This document shows, piece by piece, positions 25,703-37,718 of a DNA stretch of 64,000 nt; position 1 is the first letter of the stretch; every line of letters begins with the position of its first letter. Under the pieces are notes generated by a model. The model was not told where the DNA came from. It ran no database searches and worked only from the letters and a program-made list of their open reading frames with translations. This DNA comes from Haliotis rufescens. Its lineage: Eukaryota. The position numbers and the translations under genes are program-made. The DNA is taken from contig NW_025964372.1 in NCBI RefSeq assembly GCF_023055435.1, forward strand, positions 8,060,001 to 8,124,000. The letters are read 5' to 3'.

Positions 25703-26704
25703 TGGGTATCGATCAATGCAATTGTGATACGATGACATGCATCAACCGAGTCAGCGAACCTGACCACCCGATCCCGTAAGCATATGAGTACTTCACATTG
25801 ACACTTTAAAGTAAATCAATATGATCAGCAATTATAGTACATAACACAGGCGGTAATTATCTTATATATGACAATAACACGCTAGATGGAGTTCCCGGTC
25901 GAAACCAAAATTTTGACATATAAAGTTCTTATACATTCCAAAGTGAACACGACTATGGAATTGGCGGCCATCTTGGAGGCCATTTTGTCCGCCATATTGG
26001 ATAAATCAAATTTCTCAAGCTCATATATGTAAGATACTTAAACGATTCATGTGTTCAAATAAACACATTGGTGTACAAGAATGTTAGTGTTGTCATAGTT
26101 ATTTTTAAACTATGTTATTATTTGTTGTTTCCTTCACAGGATGGGGGTCCGGATCACATTTACTAAATGTTATATTGTATATATGGATATCATTGTAAGT
26201 TCCTTAAGCATTCAGGCAGATTTTGAGATATCACACGACACGGTTGTCAATATGGAAGTAACATTACCTTGAGTTTAGGAATATTTTGAAAATGAAAATT
26301 GAATAATTTGTTCCTGTTTTTGACACATTTTGGCCCATAACTCGACTTTGATAATTTTGCTAATTCTTCTTTTGTAGGTTTCCTAAGTCAGCACACTGAT
26401 TTTGTTTATAAAATGAGCATTGCAAAATACAGACTGACTTCTTTAGACACAAATATGCAATTTACCACAATAATACATGTCTGCCACCAAAAGAAATCAC
26501 CACAACAATCGTTTTCTAATGCATGAATGACATCTTGTGAAGAAAAATATGATTGTGCTTTGTTCTTCTGTGATGAGGGGTTATTCATTAAATCAGCCTC
26601 GCTTTAAGGGTTGGCCGCTACTCTATTTGTAAGCCACCCTTCTCGCCCTCTTTCCCTCTCGTATTCACTCACTCTCTCACGCATAGCCTACTCAACTGGG
26701 CTGC

Positions 26705-27116
26705 CATATGTCACTGGGCTGCATGTTGAATAAAAGCTGTACGTGTATCAAGATAAGACATATGTCACTGTACTGAATGTGGAATGTAAACTGTACGTGT
26801 ATCCAGATAAGACATACGTCACTGGGCTGCATGTGGAATGTAAGCTGTACGTGTATTCAGATATATCTTATGTCACTGGACTGAATGCGGAATGTAAGAT
26901 GTACGTGGATCAAATAAGTCATGCGTCACTGGGCTTCATGTGGAATGTAAGATGTACGTGTATGGAGATAAGTCATATGTCCCTTGCCTGGTTGTTGAAT
27001 GTAAGCTGGACGTATATCCAGATAAGTCATATGTCACTGGTCTGCATGTTGAATGTGAACTGTACGTGTATCAAGATAATAAGTCACGAGTCACTTGGCT
27101 GCGTGCTGAATGTAAG
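26705..27116 (+). repeat. 54-bp minisatellite, ~7.5 units (paralog ~43697-43953, ~4.7 units)
   Basis: Repeats of catatgtcactgggctgcatgttgaatgtaagctgtacgtgtatccagataagt. Confidence 0.9.
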
Positions 27117-28159
27117 TTAATATATAGTAAACAACTGCTTTCCCGAAATATTTTATATTACTCCTATTTCCCTTTCATTCACAATCCCATAGTAGTCATA
27201 GCATCTTTTATTATAGCAGCAAAATCTATACATATAGGATATATTAAGGATTTTACGAAAAGCCTTCCCCTCCACCAAATAGATGCGTTTTAACTAGTGA
27301 CCTTATAACAACCATTGGCGAATCCTACATTTACGTGTTATGTTATAAGGGAAATTATTACTGCTTATACTGCACAATGATTATGCCACTAAACCTGGAG
27401 CCAAATTTATGCATGTATAACCTATTTCAATATTTCCATAAAAGATGGGTAGGTATTTTTTCTTGTTGTGATGTCAAATTCACAAATCACTGCAGTATCA
27501 ATACAGAAAAAAACCTACATGACATCATCCTACTCATTGTTTTCATCACATAATTGGGACCTTTAGTAAAACTTCACAAGGTGCGATGGAAGGAGGTTCG
27601 TGTTGTGTGTCGTAACCGGTTCCACTATTGGTATGAGCACCAACCTTTGCGCATTTGCAGATACCTGTAGACGGGAGTCAAGTTAAAGATAATCGTATCT
27701 CCATCGTTGAAGAATTCGAACTGAACCCAAAGCCATCTTACAATCGTGCAAAGATCGGTTTGTGCAAGTGGAATAGGACAGTTGTATGGTGGCTCTAAAG
27801 TTGATCTTCGGCGCCTAAAATCGCTTGTAACTAAGATTGCTCTGTACATGTGGGCCGACACAGAGCATAACGAAAGCGTGAAAGAACGGTATAAAGCCAA
27901 ACTGTAGTGGCGTTAGCTGGAGACACGCCAGTCTGCGGTCTGTGTCGTGTTGGGAATCGGCGGTCCGGGTTACAGTTCGTCTCCCAGGCCTATCCTTATG
28001 GATATTTTGCCATTGTGGATGCGCCTGTTTTTACATATAGTGCCCTATGGCGGATTGTATGTACCTTCACAATGAATTCCAATAGGCCCATTGGACTCTC
28101 CAACATCAGAAAGATGAATAGAGACTTGTAACATATTAATAGACTTTATGATTGAGTGT

Positions 28160-28400
28160 GTGAGTTGTTATTAACGCCACTTGGAAGAGTATTTCAGCTA
28201 CAATCCGGCGTGTAAGCTTCTTGTGTTCAGAAAACCCAAAGTGATGCAGGTCTCAGACAATTGCCTCTGTGGTGAAACACACAAGAAACATAAGACCAGA
28301 AACATAATCAGGGTGAATCTTGGATTTCGAACCGTCGATCAGCGGTCTCCGGTGCAACAAAGGTTCACAACTCTGCATAGCGAATAGCGGCATACAGACG
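28160..28400 (-). mobile_element. Degenerate tRNA-derived SINE downstream of the CUB gene
   Basis: Same family as the young copy at 45362-45644; paralog ~45330-45860. Confidence 0.65.
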
Positions 28401-28489
28401 AAAGACGTCGTGATGAGTTAATTTACAGTTCAAAGCGTCATTAACTCATTGAAATAATGAGATGAAAGATAAATATTGAGCACATGGAG

Positions 28490-28495
28490 TTTATT
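28490..28495 (-). terminator. PolyA signal AATAAA of CUB paralog 2 (paralog 3 ~45948-45953)
   Basis: About 47 nt after the stop codon; conserved in both complete copies. Confidence 0.65.
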
Positions 28496-28541
28496 TACTC
28501 ATATTGTTGTCAACTAGATCTCGCGGTGTAGGTCAGTCTGT

Positions 28542-31500
28542 TTATGCCACTGCGTAAAAGAAAATAGGAATATCAGTTAAAAAGTATGTGTCAGTGTATC
28601 TTGTTTACAAAACAACCCCACATCACATTTATATGATCACTTTGATTGTGGATTCCACAATTGTAAAGATAGTTTTATGTTTACGTTTTTGAAACAAAGA
28701 AATTGGTTAAATAATATTTAAGACTTGAATTTATGGGCACTTCTATACAAATATACTTGTATTACCAGATCCATATTGTTTACTAGTATATGTGCGAAGC
28801 TCACCTGGCGATGATGTGAAGGACATGTAGAAACCTTCCCTTTGCACGGAGCCGTCAGATGTGAAGGTGATCACAAAGGTTCCATCAGATTCTGAGCAGC
28901 AATAAACATAAAGTTACTGGAAGTACTAATACAGGTTTTACAGAAAAAAATTCATATGTGAATGTATGCTAGCTTTAGGTTTTTATTTTTAATCTTAAAA
29001 TACTTCAAAGTAACTAAAACTGTTTCTATTTTAGTGTTTCTTGTTCATCAGAAATGAACGGAAAGCAGAAATGATAAACATGTAACCGAAATTATAGAGG
29101 TGGAAAGTGAGCTACACTCACGGTATGTCTTGCTGCCGGGGTTGCTTCCACACAGTCTGTCTTCGCCCATGGTAACGGCGTCGTACATGCATCTGCTTGC
29201 ACTCTCAATGTCAAATTCCTCGAAGGTGAAGTGGAGTTCAGCTGGCGTGGGAGTGTTGATGGTGTATGTGCATGCCATGTTGGGACTGTAGCCACCAGGG
29301 GGAGTTGCGAATGACCCGGATGTACCATTGATCACAGCATTACAGTACTCTGAATTCGATAAAAAGGCAGAACATCCTAAAAGTAGTTTCATGTCCTTAG
29401 TTTTGTGTCATTGACCACACGAAACTGAGCTTGGGATCGTTGGATCAAACAAGTGTCTCTCCTGTTAATGAGGGCTTGGGGTTATTAAAAGTGCAATGCC
29501 AAGGAGGAAAGCAGAATAATGCTTGTGAGGTGATATTCGCCTGTTTGGCTGAGATGAAATCAACTTGAAACTTGGTCCCAACAATTCATTTTAAAATGAT
29601 CAGAGTATTTGTTCATCTGAATTGTCTCTGGGGCATGATACAATGATAAATATACGTTAATGTAAACAGTTTATTAATAACCACTGATTAGGTATGTGAT
29701 GCGAAGGTTGTACTTGCCTACTTCAGTCTGGTAGTCGAATGCGAAACCGAGACCCGAAACACTCGAATCACTGACGAATGTCATGGCGAGGAGTGGTTCT
29801 GCGTTAGAGTCTGGATTATAGAAATCTTTATCAGATAACAGAGGAGTTGAATTTATAAAAGTGATGTGAAAATTTTTGTTTCTGTCATCTCAAGTATACC
29901 AATATCAGAGCGGGGGACACAAATATGCAGAAACTAAAAGGCGATTTCAGAAGACACATGCATAAATGTACTAATGTACCTGTGTTAACATTGATATTAA
30001 CACTTGCAGTGAGCTTACATTGCTTCACGAAGGGACTTCTGTTGTTTCCACATAGTGTGTCGATGGTGTTGTTTCCAAGCCTCACTGACAGGCTGTCGTA
30101 ACGACAGTTGCTATTATATTCAACATCAAAGCGTGTGAAATTGATCGTGGTCACGTGGGGAAGAGCAGGTGAATATAGATTGATGCGGCACTCTTCGTTG
30201 TTTGCGTAGAAACCATCAATATCAGTTGCCAGAGATATTCTGCCTTCGAGGGAGGCAGTGTCGTAGTTGCAGGCTGCAATGAGAGATGGGAACTTGCATC
30301 ATTATACACGTTTGCCAACTCTCAAATGAAGTAACTTTGGGGACAAACTCTTGCTCTGGTCATCTATGTTTTCCTTGGGCTTTTCCACTAAATAAAGTTG
30401 ACGTCATGCATGTAACAGCACAACTGAAGGCAGAACTGCGAGTTTCTTTCCTCTAAAAATAACACATGAGTCACAATGTGTGGGATATATTGACAAGGCC
30501 CAAATCCTGTGTCATAAATATGGAAATTATTATGAAAGTATAAATAATTATAAAAACACACAAAAAACCGTTTACATGACTCACGGGTTGTTTATGATCA
30601 TAATAGTATTGTCCTGGAACCGTATGACTTCAAGGTTCCATAAAGAACCATACTCTGATCAAGGAATTAAACTTTGTCCCGTGTTTGTAGGAAAATGCAA
30701 ATAATATGCATTTAGAAAATCATAACATAGCGGGTGGCTTTTGTTCAACAATTCATTCCTTTTAATATTTCAGTTGCTGAAACCAAATTCCTCTTCATCT
30801 TATAAGCGACGTGAACGAACATATTTACAAGATCCCACTGCCCCCATCAACTATCTATTTAACAGCTAAATGTGTCCATCAAAGCTCCACATATTGAGAC
30901 TATAAATTTCCTTTACCCATGAAGGCTTTATTTGTGTGTAAGAAGACAATGACCTACCATTTGTTGTTTCGTCGGAAGGTTCCACGGTTGTGTTGCTTTG
31001 TGCGACTGTCGTGTTGCTTGGTGCGACTGTCGTGTTTCCTGGTGCGGCTGTCGTGTTGCCTGGTGCGACTGTCGTGTTGCCTGGTGCGACTGTCGTGTTG
31101 CCTGGTACGACGGTCGTGTTGCTTGGTGCGACGGTCGTGTTGCCTGGTGCGACGGTCGTGTTGCCTGGTGCGACGGTGGTGTTGCTTGGTGCGACGGTCG
31201 TGTTGCCTGGTGCGACGGTCGTGTTGCTTGGTGCGACGGTCGTGTTGCCTGGTGCGACGGTCGTGTTGCCTGGTGCGACGGTCGTGTTGGCTGGTGCGAC
31301 GGTCGTGTTGCCTGGTGCGACTGTCGTGTTGGCTGGTGCGACTGTTGTGTTCGGAGATGTTCCATTTTCTTAAGTAAAGTAAAATGTAAAGGGAAAACGA
31401 CTCAATAATAACTTGTGTGTGAATACATACACACAGTTATGATTCATGAGATGACAAAACACATATCTTAAATGATCTTCGTATTCAGAAGTTTGTTATT

Positions 31501-34500
31501 AAATGGTAAATCTTCTGACAACGTTTTGACGAACTCACGAACTCGATCATATATCTTTTTCATAGCCAGCCATTCAGAAGTGTATCGTACCCATCCTGAT
31601 GTTGAAGCGAGCCACAAAACCTCTGCTTGTCACTGAACCGTCGGTGACAAATCTCAGCACAACCTCACCAGTTCCGTTCACTGTAACAGAAACAGTGGAA
31701 CCTATTGACAAGAGAGCCCAATTCAAAATAAATATCTGGTGAAGGTTTTGATTTCATGTAGTGCGTTACTACAACGTTGAACTCTCATTTGATATCGACC
31801 ACTTCTCTGAGCTTACCTTGCCTCCCGTTAATTGTACTTCCACACCATCTTCGTCCACCATTGATCTGAACATAATCGTAGGGACATCCATTACCGCCCT
31901 CGAGGTCGAAGGTGGTGAAGTTGAAGTGAATACTGCTGTTCCTGGGCACATTGAAGACGTAGCTGCAGTTGAGGTTGTTCTGGTAGTCCTCCCCTGTACC
32001 AGGCAGGCTCTGGATCATGCCTTGGTCAGCAAGGGTAGAGAAGGTGCAGTTGCGATGGCTCCTGGGAACACCCCCTTAAACACAAAGATAGGCTTCTATC
32101 AGGGGAAGACAGCTCAATAGTCTTGTAGCATGTATGTTTGCATGTTGTCATTCAATGCATGGGACATGGACGACGACATCTCGTCAATTCAGAATACAGT
32201 CATATCATAAATTACTCGAAATAAGTCTGATGTATTCATAAAAATCCGTACAAAGAGGGAAATATAGCATGGCCTAGGACATACATAACCGAATCTCACT
32301 GTGAAATGTTGGACTTCCTCATACATGTATATAATATCTGTGTGAAATGTAGACAAGTCGTAGGCATCCCCATGGGTACCAGTTGTCCTCGAAATTACCT
32401 CATCTGTTTTTTATGCATACGAGTCAGGATTTATGCTCGGATTGGCAAAATGAAAACACGGAAATTTGGCCAAAAAGTATAACTTACGCTTCAGGTATAT
32501 GAATGATCTCATATCTTTGAATATTTGTCAAATAACCAATTACCTTCCACTGATTTGCTCACCTGAGCCGGAAATAATAGATACCAGTGAAACCACTACA
32601 TCTGTTTCATATTTAGATATATGCATAATAATTCAGTATTCACAATACTACGATACGAGCGAGCAATATTACAATGTTTATCTCCATTTCACAATCAAGC
32701 ATCCTTTTTCTCCTAAGATTTCGAAGAGCGTCATACGACTCTTGCTCAAAGGTTGTTTTTTTCAGGGTTAATACAGTCATGGCATCAGTAAAACTTTCAA
32801 AATATTTATGGTAGGATATCTAAAAAAATGATGTATGATGCAATTCCTTATTTCATTTGTATCATATGTACCTGTTTGTTTCAGATGAGCATATGACTTG
32901 TCTTTGCATGTGTTTGTGATGGTGTCAGTCGGTTACGCTCATCTGTTCGTTAACACCTAGTATCCTCACTATTTGGAAGTGGTTAATAAAACATGCTTAT
33001 GATATGATCGGAATCTCAGAATGGACTTATCGTTATGGAAAAGCCCTTTTTTCATTCAAATAAATATTCAAATGCTATCCTGTCCGCTCTGTGGTTCAAC
33101 GTTCTACTTAAACCTACTGACGAAAAGCTGGTCGGGAAGAGTAGTTGTCACGATTTGTGTCTTCATTTTCGATGAGACAAAGTTCAGTGAAAACGGAAAA
33201 GTTTCTTGTTTCATATATAGCCTTTAAAATCAACTATGAAACTATATTTACGAGATTCATTTCCGGTGGTTTCGGGAGAAGATGTTGCATTGTTGTAGGG
33301 AAAGGTAAAATTCGGTGAAGACGAGTTTGTCACGTTCAAGGACGGAGTGGTGCTGTAATTCAGGGAAGGCGAGGCTGTCACGTTCAAGGACGGAGTGGTG
33401 CTGTAGTTCAGGGAAGGCGAGGCTGTCACGTTCAAGGACGGAGCGGTGCTGTAGTTCAGGGAAGGCGAGGCTGTCACGTTCAAGGACGGAGCGGTGCTGT
33501 AGTTCAGGGAAGGCGAGGCTGTCCCGTTCAAGGACGGAGCGGTGCTGTAGTTCAGGGAAGTCGAGGCTGTCACGTTCAAGGACGGAGCGGTGCTGTAGTT
33601 CAGGGAAGGCGAGGCTGTCACGTTCAAGGATGGAGTGGTGCTGTAGTTTAAGGCTGGCAGAGAACTATTTTCTTCAGATACTGTATCCATGAAAACAAAT
33701 TTAGAATATGTTGGAATTTGACGTCATACCTTTTGCATACAGAAAAACGATGGAAGTTGAAATTTGTTTTGCGTTCTTAAACCAATACAGTATGTACACA
33801 CCTGGGAGAGTGATATATAAGACATTGATGCCACGACCAACAATAGAGGCGTCACTATGGAAACACAACTGGAAACTGTCCGTACTGTTGACTGAAAAAC
33901 CAACATGGTACAATCATTCATTATTAAGTAAGTTGCTGATTGGAGTATAAAACAAGATGTCTATTTAGTATTGTTGCGATGGTGAGTCTTTCAGCACATC
34001 ACAAACAGGTAGATTGATAGGTCTGTGTAAGGTTTCTATATCTGAATAAGGTATTGTTGATAAACAAGTATTTCTATATGGTCATTTAAAAAACAATTTG
34101 ACGGATTAGTACTTTGAGCATATAAATATAAAACGTATATCGTAATAGTGTGCCACTGACTACTCGATGTGAATATTGTTGTATATCCTGGAGGTATACT
34201 GCCGCAACGTGTTGCGTTCACAACGGAGTCAAGCTGGTGAATTCTAACACTTTGCAAAACAAAGAATTGAAAAGAAAACCCAAAGAAAATATATTCTTCC
34301 TTACACGATCTAATGTATCCGAAATCCTTCGTGCCACAGTCGATCTCGGTAATACCGTCACTTGTTCCATAGGTAACATAGTCATAACTGCAGCGAGGAC
34401 CTTGCTCAATGTCAAAGACACTAAACTCCAGATCGACCGTGAAAGAACCGCCAAAGTAAGGACGGAGCTCGAAGCAGCAGTCTTCGTTGTTTTGGTATTG

Positions 34501-35818
34501 ACCAGAGCCAAACTCTATCTCTCCAATGAGATCTTCCCTCACGCCCCCAACACATCCTGAACATCATGGAAGATTATGTGAACACATTTTAATAAACGGA
34601 CTGAACATATATGTTATCAAAATATGTGCAGGTTTTCATGTAGATCTTAGTTCTCGTTGTACCTCTCTTTCAACTGCAAGTTCGGTCCTCAGGTAAAATA
34701 CCCATGAATGATAGGTCCCTGTTGAACGATATCATAAACACATTCATGTATATTCACTTGATGTATTATTAGAGGTACATATTGTATTCATCAAAATATC
34801 ATCAGACTTCAAACTATGAACTCATTGATCAAAACTCAATGAAATATATACACCTTGAAATCATTTAAATATTCATATACTTTTTTTCATTTTCATTTTT
34901 ATTTGTGTGAAATAACCACATTGAAATGTAGAAACCGGAATCGGTTAACTAATGACGCTTTGTAACTGTTAACATAGATTTTGGACCACTTTTTCAAATA
35001 CTTCCTCAGCTTCTTTGCATCACATAATACGACTTGCGACCGTCAGAAGAAAAATGCAGTGTTCTTGTCCCAACTGTTCAACAGGTACATATTTATCAAA
35101 ACTCGATCAATGTTATACGTAGATAAGTCCAAACTGTTCGGGATATCTGATGGCGTTTCATATTTAGCTGCGTTTTCATTTTTTAGCCCGTTAAAGCTGT
35201 GAACTTACTACTTCCAGCTTGTCGCTTGAACCGTGCTTTCTCATTCTGTTGGAGAAAAATAATATATATTGACTGTGAAGCCTCCATAAAGATATGGTTT
35301 GTATATTCAACGGCTTTTTGATAACCTCAGTATGATCTCATGACACTGCAAAATATCACTCCATAAAAAATCGCTTTAAAAGTTTTAACAACCCAGAATT
35401 CTTGATCTTTTTAGCCGAACACGACTTATAAACTATACATAACATAAGTGTGAACAATGACATTACGTGTCTCGTTCTGCAATAGAGGTCTAGATTATCT
35501 ACTTAAAAGAAGTTAAGTAACATCCAATTCTTTTATATTTCTACAATTATTTATCGTTGCATGACAGAGTGGATATTTTGCTCTCTGTAACTGGCGTACT
35601 GTTGTTTGTCACTAAGAGTTGTAAGCTATGAGTTGAATGACGACCAACTGCAGTTGTCCTGAAGTGGACAACTTAATGTCAGTTAATGTGTAAATCATGG
35701 CATTCGGTACAACGTTAGATAAGTTGCCGTGTACTACACTTACTTTGAATGCTCTTCCTTCTGTGGAGGCCAGACAGAGGCAAACCACCAGCAAGCTGAT
35801 CACTGCACGTGGAGACAT
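28542..35818 (-). CDS. Secreted 4xCUB glycoprotein, paralog 2, 777 aa. Exons 35744-35818, 35209-35245, 34305-34556, 33802-33891, 33252-33680, 31817-32074, 31591-31701, 30958-31368, 30019-30273, 29718-29810, 29122-29349, 28805-28891, 28542-28549
   Basis: Exons sum to 2334 nt and stay in frame. Signal peptide, RFKR, four two-exon CUB domains with conserved Cys, FD.E, YD and (S/T)D.S motifs, two Asn/Thr/Ser/Pro repeat exons, no transmembrane segment. Ends SSPVA*. Confidence 0.9.
30975..31352 (-). repeat. 21-bp coding VNTR (NTTVAP[S/G/A]), ~18 units
   Basis: Direct count within exon 8; one N-T-T sequon per unit. Confidence 0.95.
32290..32830 (+). mobile_element. Decayed Penelope-like reverse transcriptase fragment in intron 5 (paralog ~50450-50950)
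   Basis: RQVVGIPMGT, LF..YE, FRY(M/I)NDL.SLN, EIIDTSE..VSYLDI motifs with frameshifts. Confidence 0.7.
33325..33652 (-). repeat. 48-bp (2x24) coding VNTR (LNYST[A/T]PS-LNVTASPS), 7 dimers
   Basis: Read from ORF 33211-33690; one N-x-S/T sequon every 8 aa. Confidence 0.95.
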
Positions 35819-35854
35819 CTTGATGTACTGTGTACCTCCAGACAATTGCTGAAC

Positions 35855-35861
35855 TTATATA
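35855..35861 (-). promoter_or_regulatory. TATA box of CUB paralog 2 (paralog 3 ~53688-53694)
   Basis: TATATAA 37-43 nt upstream of ATG. Confidence 0.6.
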
Positions 35862-37718
35862 GTCTCCGAGCTTCAAGAAATTAAAGATGCATGTTGATTT
35901 TCAGTAACGTCGATAATGTGGGTAGCGTCCGACATTCTGGAACAGTGCTAATTGTGTGACCTCCCACTGGAAATCCGATTGCACATCTACCAACCGGACC
36001 ATCTGCAGAATTTGATATCACAGACGCTGATGGTCAGTATTGACATATCATTACTCTACAGATATTGATACGCTCGTATGTTGAAGATTTTCACAATCAG
36101 CAAAAATATCACGTGGTAACTACGTGATAACCTCGTGTTAAGTAAAAGTTTGTTCTACAAGGCTGTAGGCGTACCTGGTCTAGAGACGACAAACAGCTGG
36201 AAGAAAGACGTGCCCTCCTTCTGTTGATTGCAAAAAACAGATGTGCGAAGAAGGGTGTTATGTTTCTAATGTTTTCCCAAATGTTTTCGTTTAAGGTTTT
36301 ACACATTGCAGCCGGGGTTGTGTTGTGTCTTCTAGCATGTCTGATTAATGTTCATGATATATACTAGTATGTCGAAAAGTTATTATTGATAACTGAAAAG
36401 TAAAACTTTCTTATGTTTTTCTTCGACTGTGTACACATGTAAAGAAAACGATTACTTAATGTAACTGGACATAATGGAAAGCCTGACCGACAGTCACTTA
36501 TTATGTCTTTGTATGTCATGTGCTATGTTTATGGTGGGACACGTGGTTCTGTTGGGTGTTTCAACAGGCCTACAGTTCCAACAGGACGGCAGCGAACATA
36601 TGGGGTATCACTCCCCACTCACCACTCATAGAGGAAAGACTGTTTGTTGGAGGAAAATTTGCTGTGCAAGATATCCCAAGTCAGTATTGTTAAACTCTTT
36701 GTTCCTGCAAGTATGAAGTATGGCTTTGGTTATGTTTACATTTATATTTCAGACAACGCTGACGTTCGTACTTGATATACCAATATGGACGAAAAGGTAT
36801 AAGACGTGTTACAACCCTTAATGTAAAAATTACTCTTAATGTAAAAAAAATACATTAATGGTTACGGGTTCACCCTTGTTAAAACTCTTAATGTAAAAAA
36901 ATACTTTTACATTAAGGGTTGAAATGGTAGATAATATTTTTTTAACATTAAGGGTTATCACTATGAAATAATTCTTATCGAACTTTCATGAAACTTCGCA
37001 GATTTAATTGATCGTTACTTTGTCTAGATATGCAAATGACTAATAATTTTTCCAACTCTACAACGACCTCCTGGTTGTTATATTCAGGCTTCATAACCGA
37101 TTTGTATCAAACTTACTAATAACAAAGGTTATTTTTCGATATTCTGCAAGGTAACCTCGTGACTATCCTAATACCGTAACGACGGAAAGGAGGACTCAGC
37201 CCAAGCAGATCAGACCAAGTTGTAGATGATGGTTGGTTGTTAGAATGGTCCATTAACAGAGTTTTAGGCATAAAATAATGGACATTTTCTTACAGTATTA
37301 CGGATATGACAGTTAAGCATACACCAGAATCAAATGTTATTACAAACGACTGGAATTCCAATGCAATGGTGTTTGGTTAAAATAAGAAACCGTAGGTTTC
37401 CCAAGTACCGTGCCGAGTCAAATATAGCCACTTAAAAGTTATATTTTTCGGATAGAGTTTCTATAGCAGTTAAGCATATCTTCTAGTAAGACCATTGTTG
37501 ATTGAAAATAGTGAAAAAGAAGAATTAGGCATACGGCCTGTAGGGTAATTTCATGTCAGTTAGGAACCGACCATTCGATCTTCTGGGGGAGCTGACATAT
37601 AAGCTATAAAAAATAATTTTTACATTAAGGGTTGCGGGTTTTTACTCTTAATGAATTTTTTTTTTACATTAAGATTTAACGCGGAACCCTTAATGTAAAG
37701 GCGCCACAAGTTGCTGTG

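Noticed and set aside
30975-31352. CRISPR-like appearance of the short repeats (also the 54-bp array)
   Set aside because: No unique spacers, no cas genes, eukaryotic intron-containing context.
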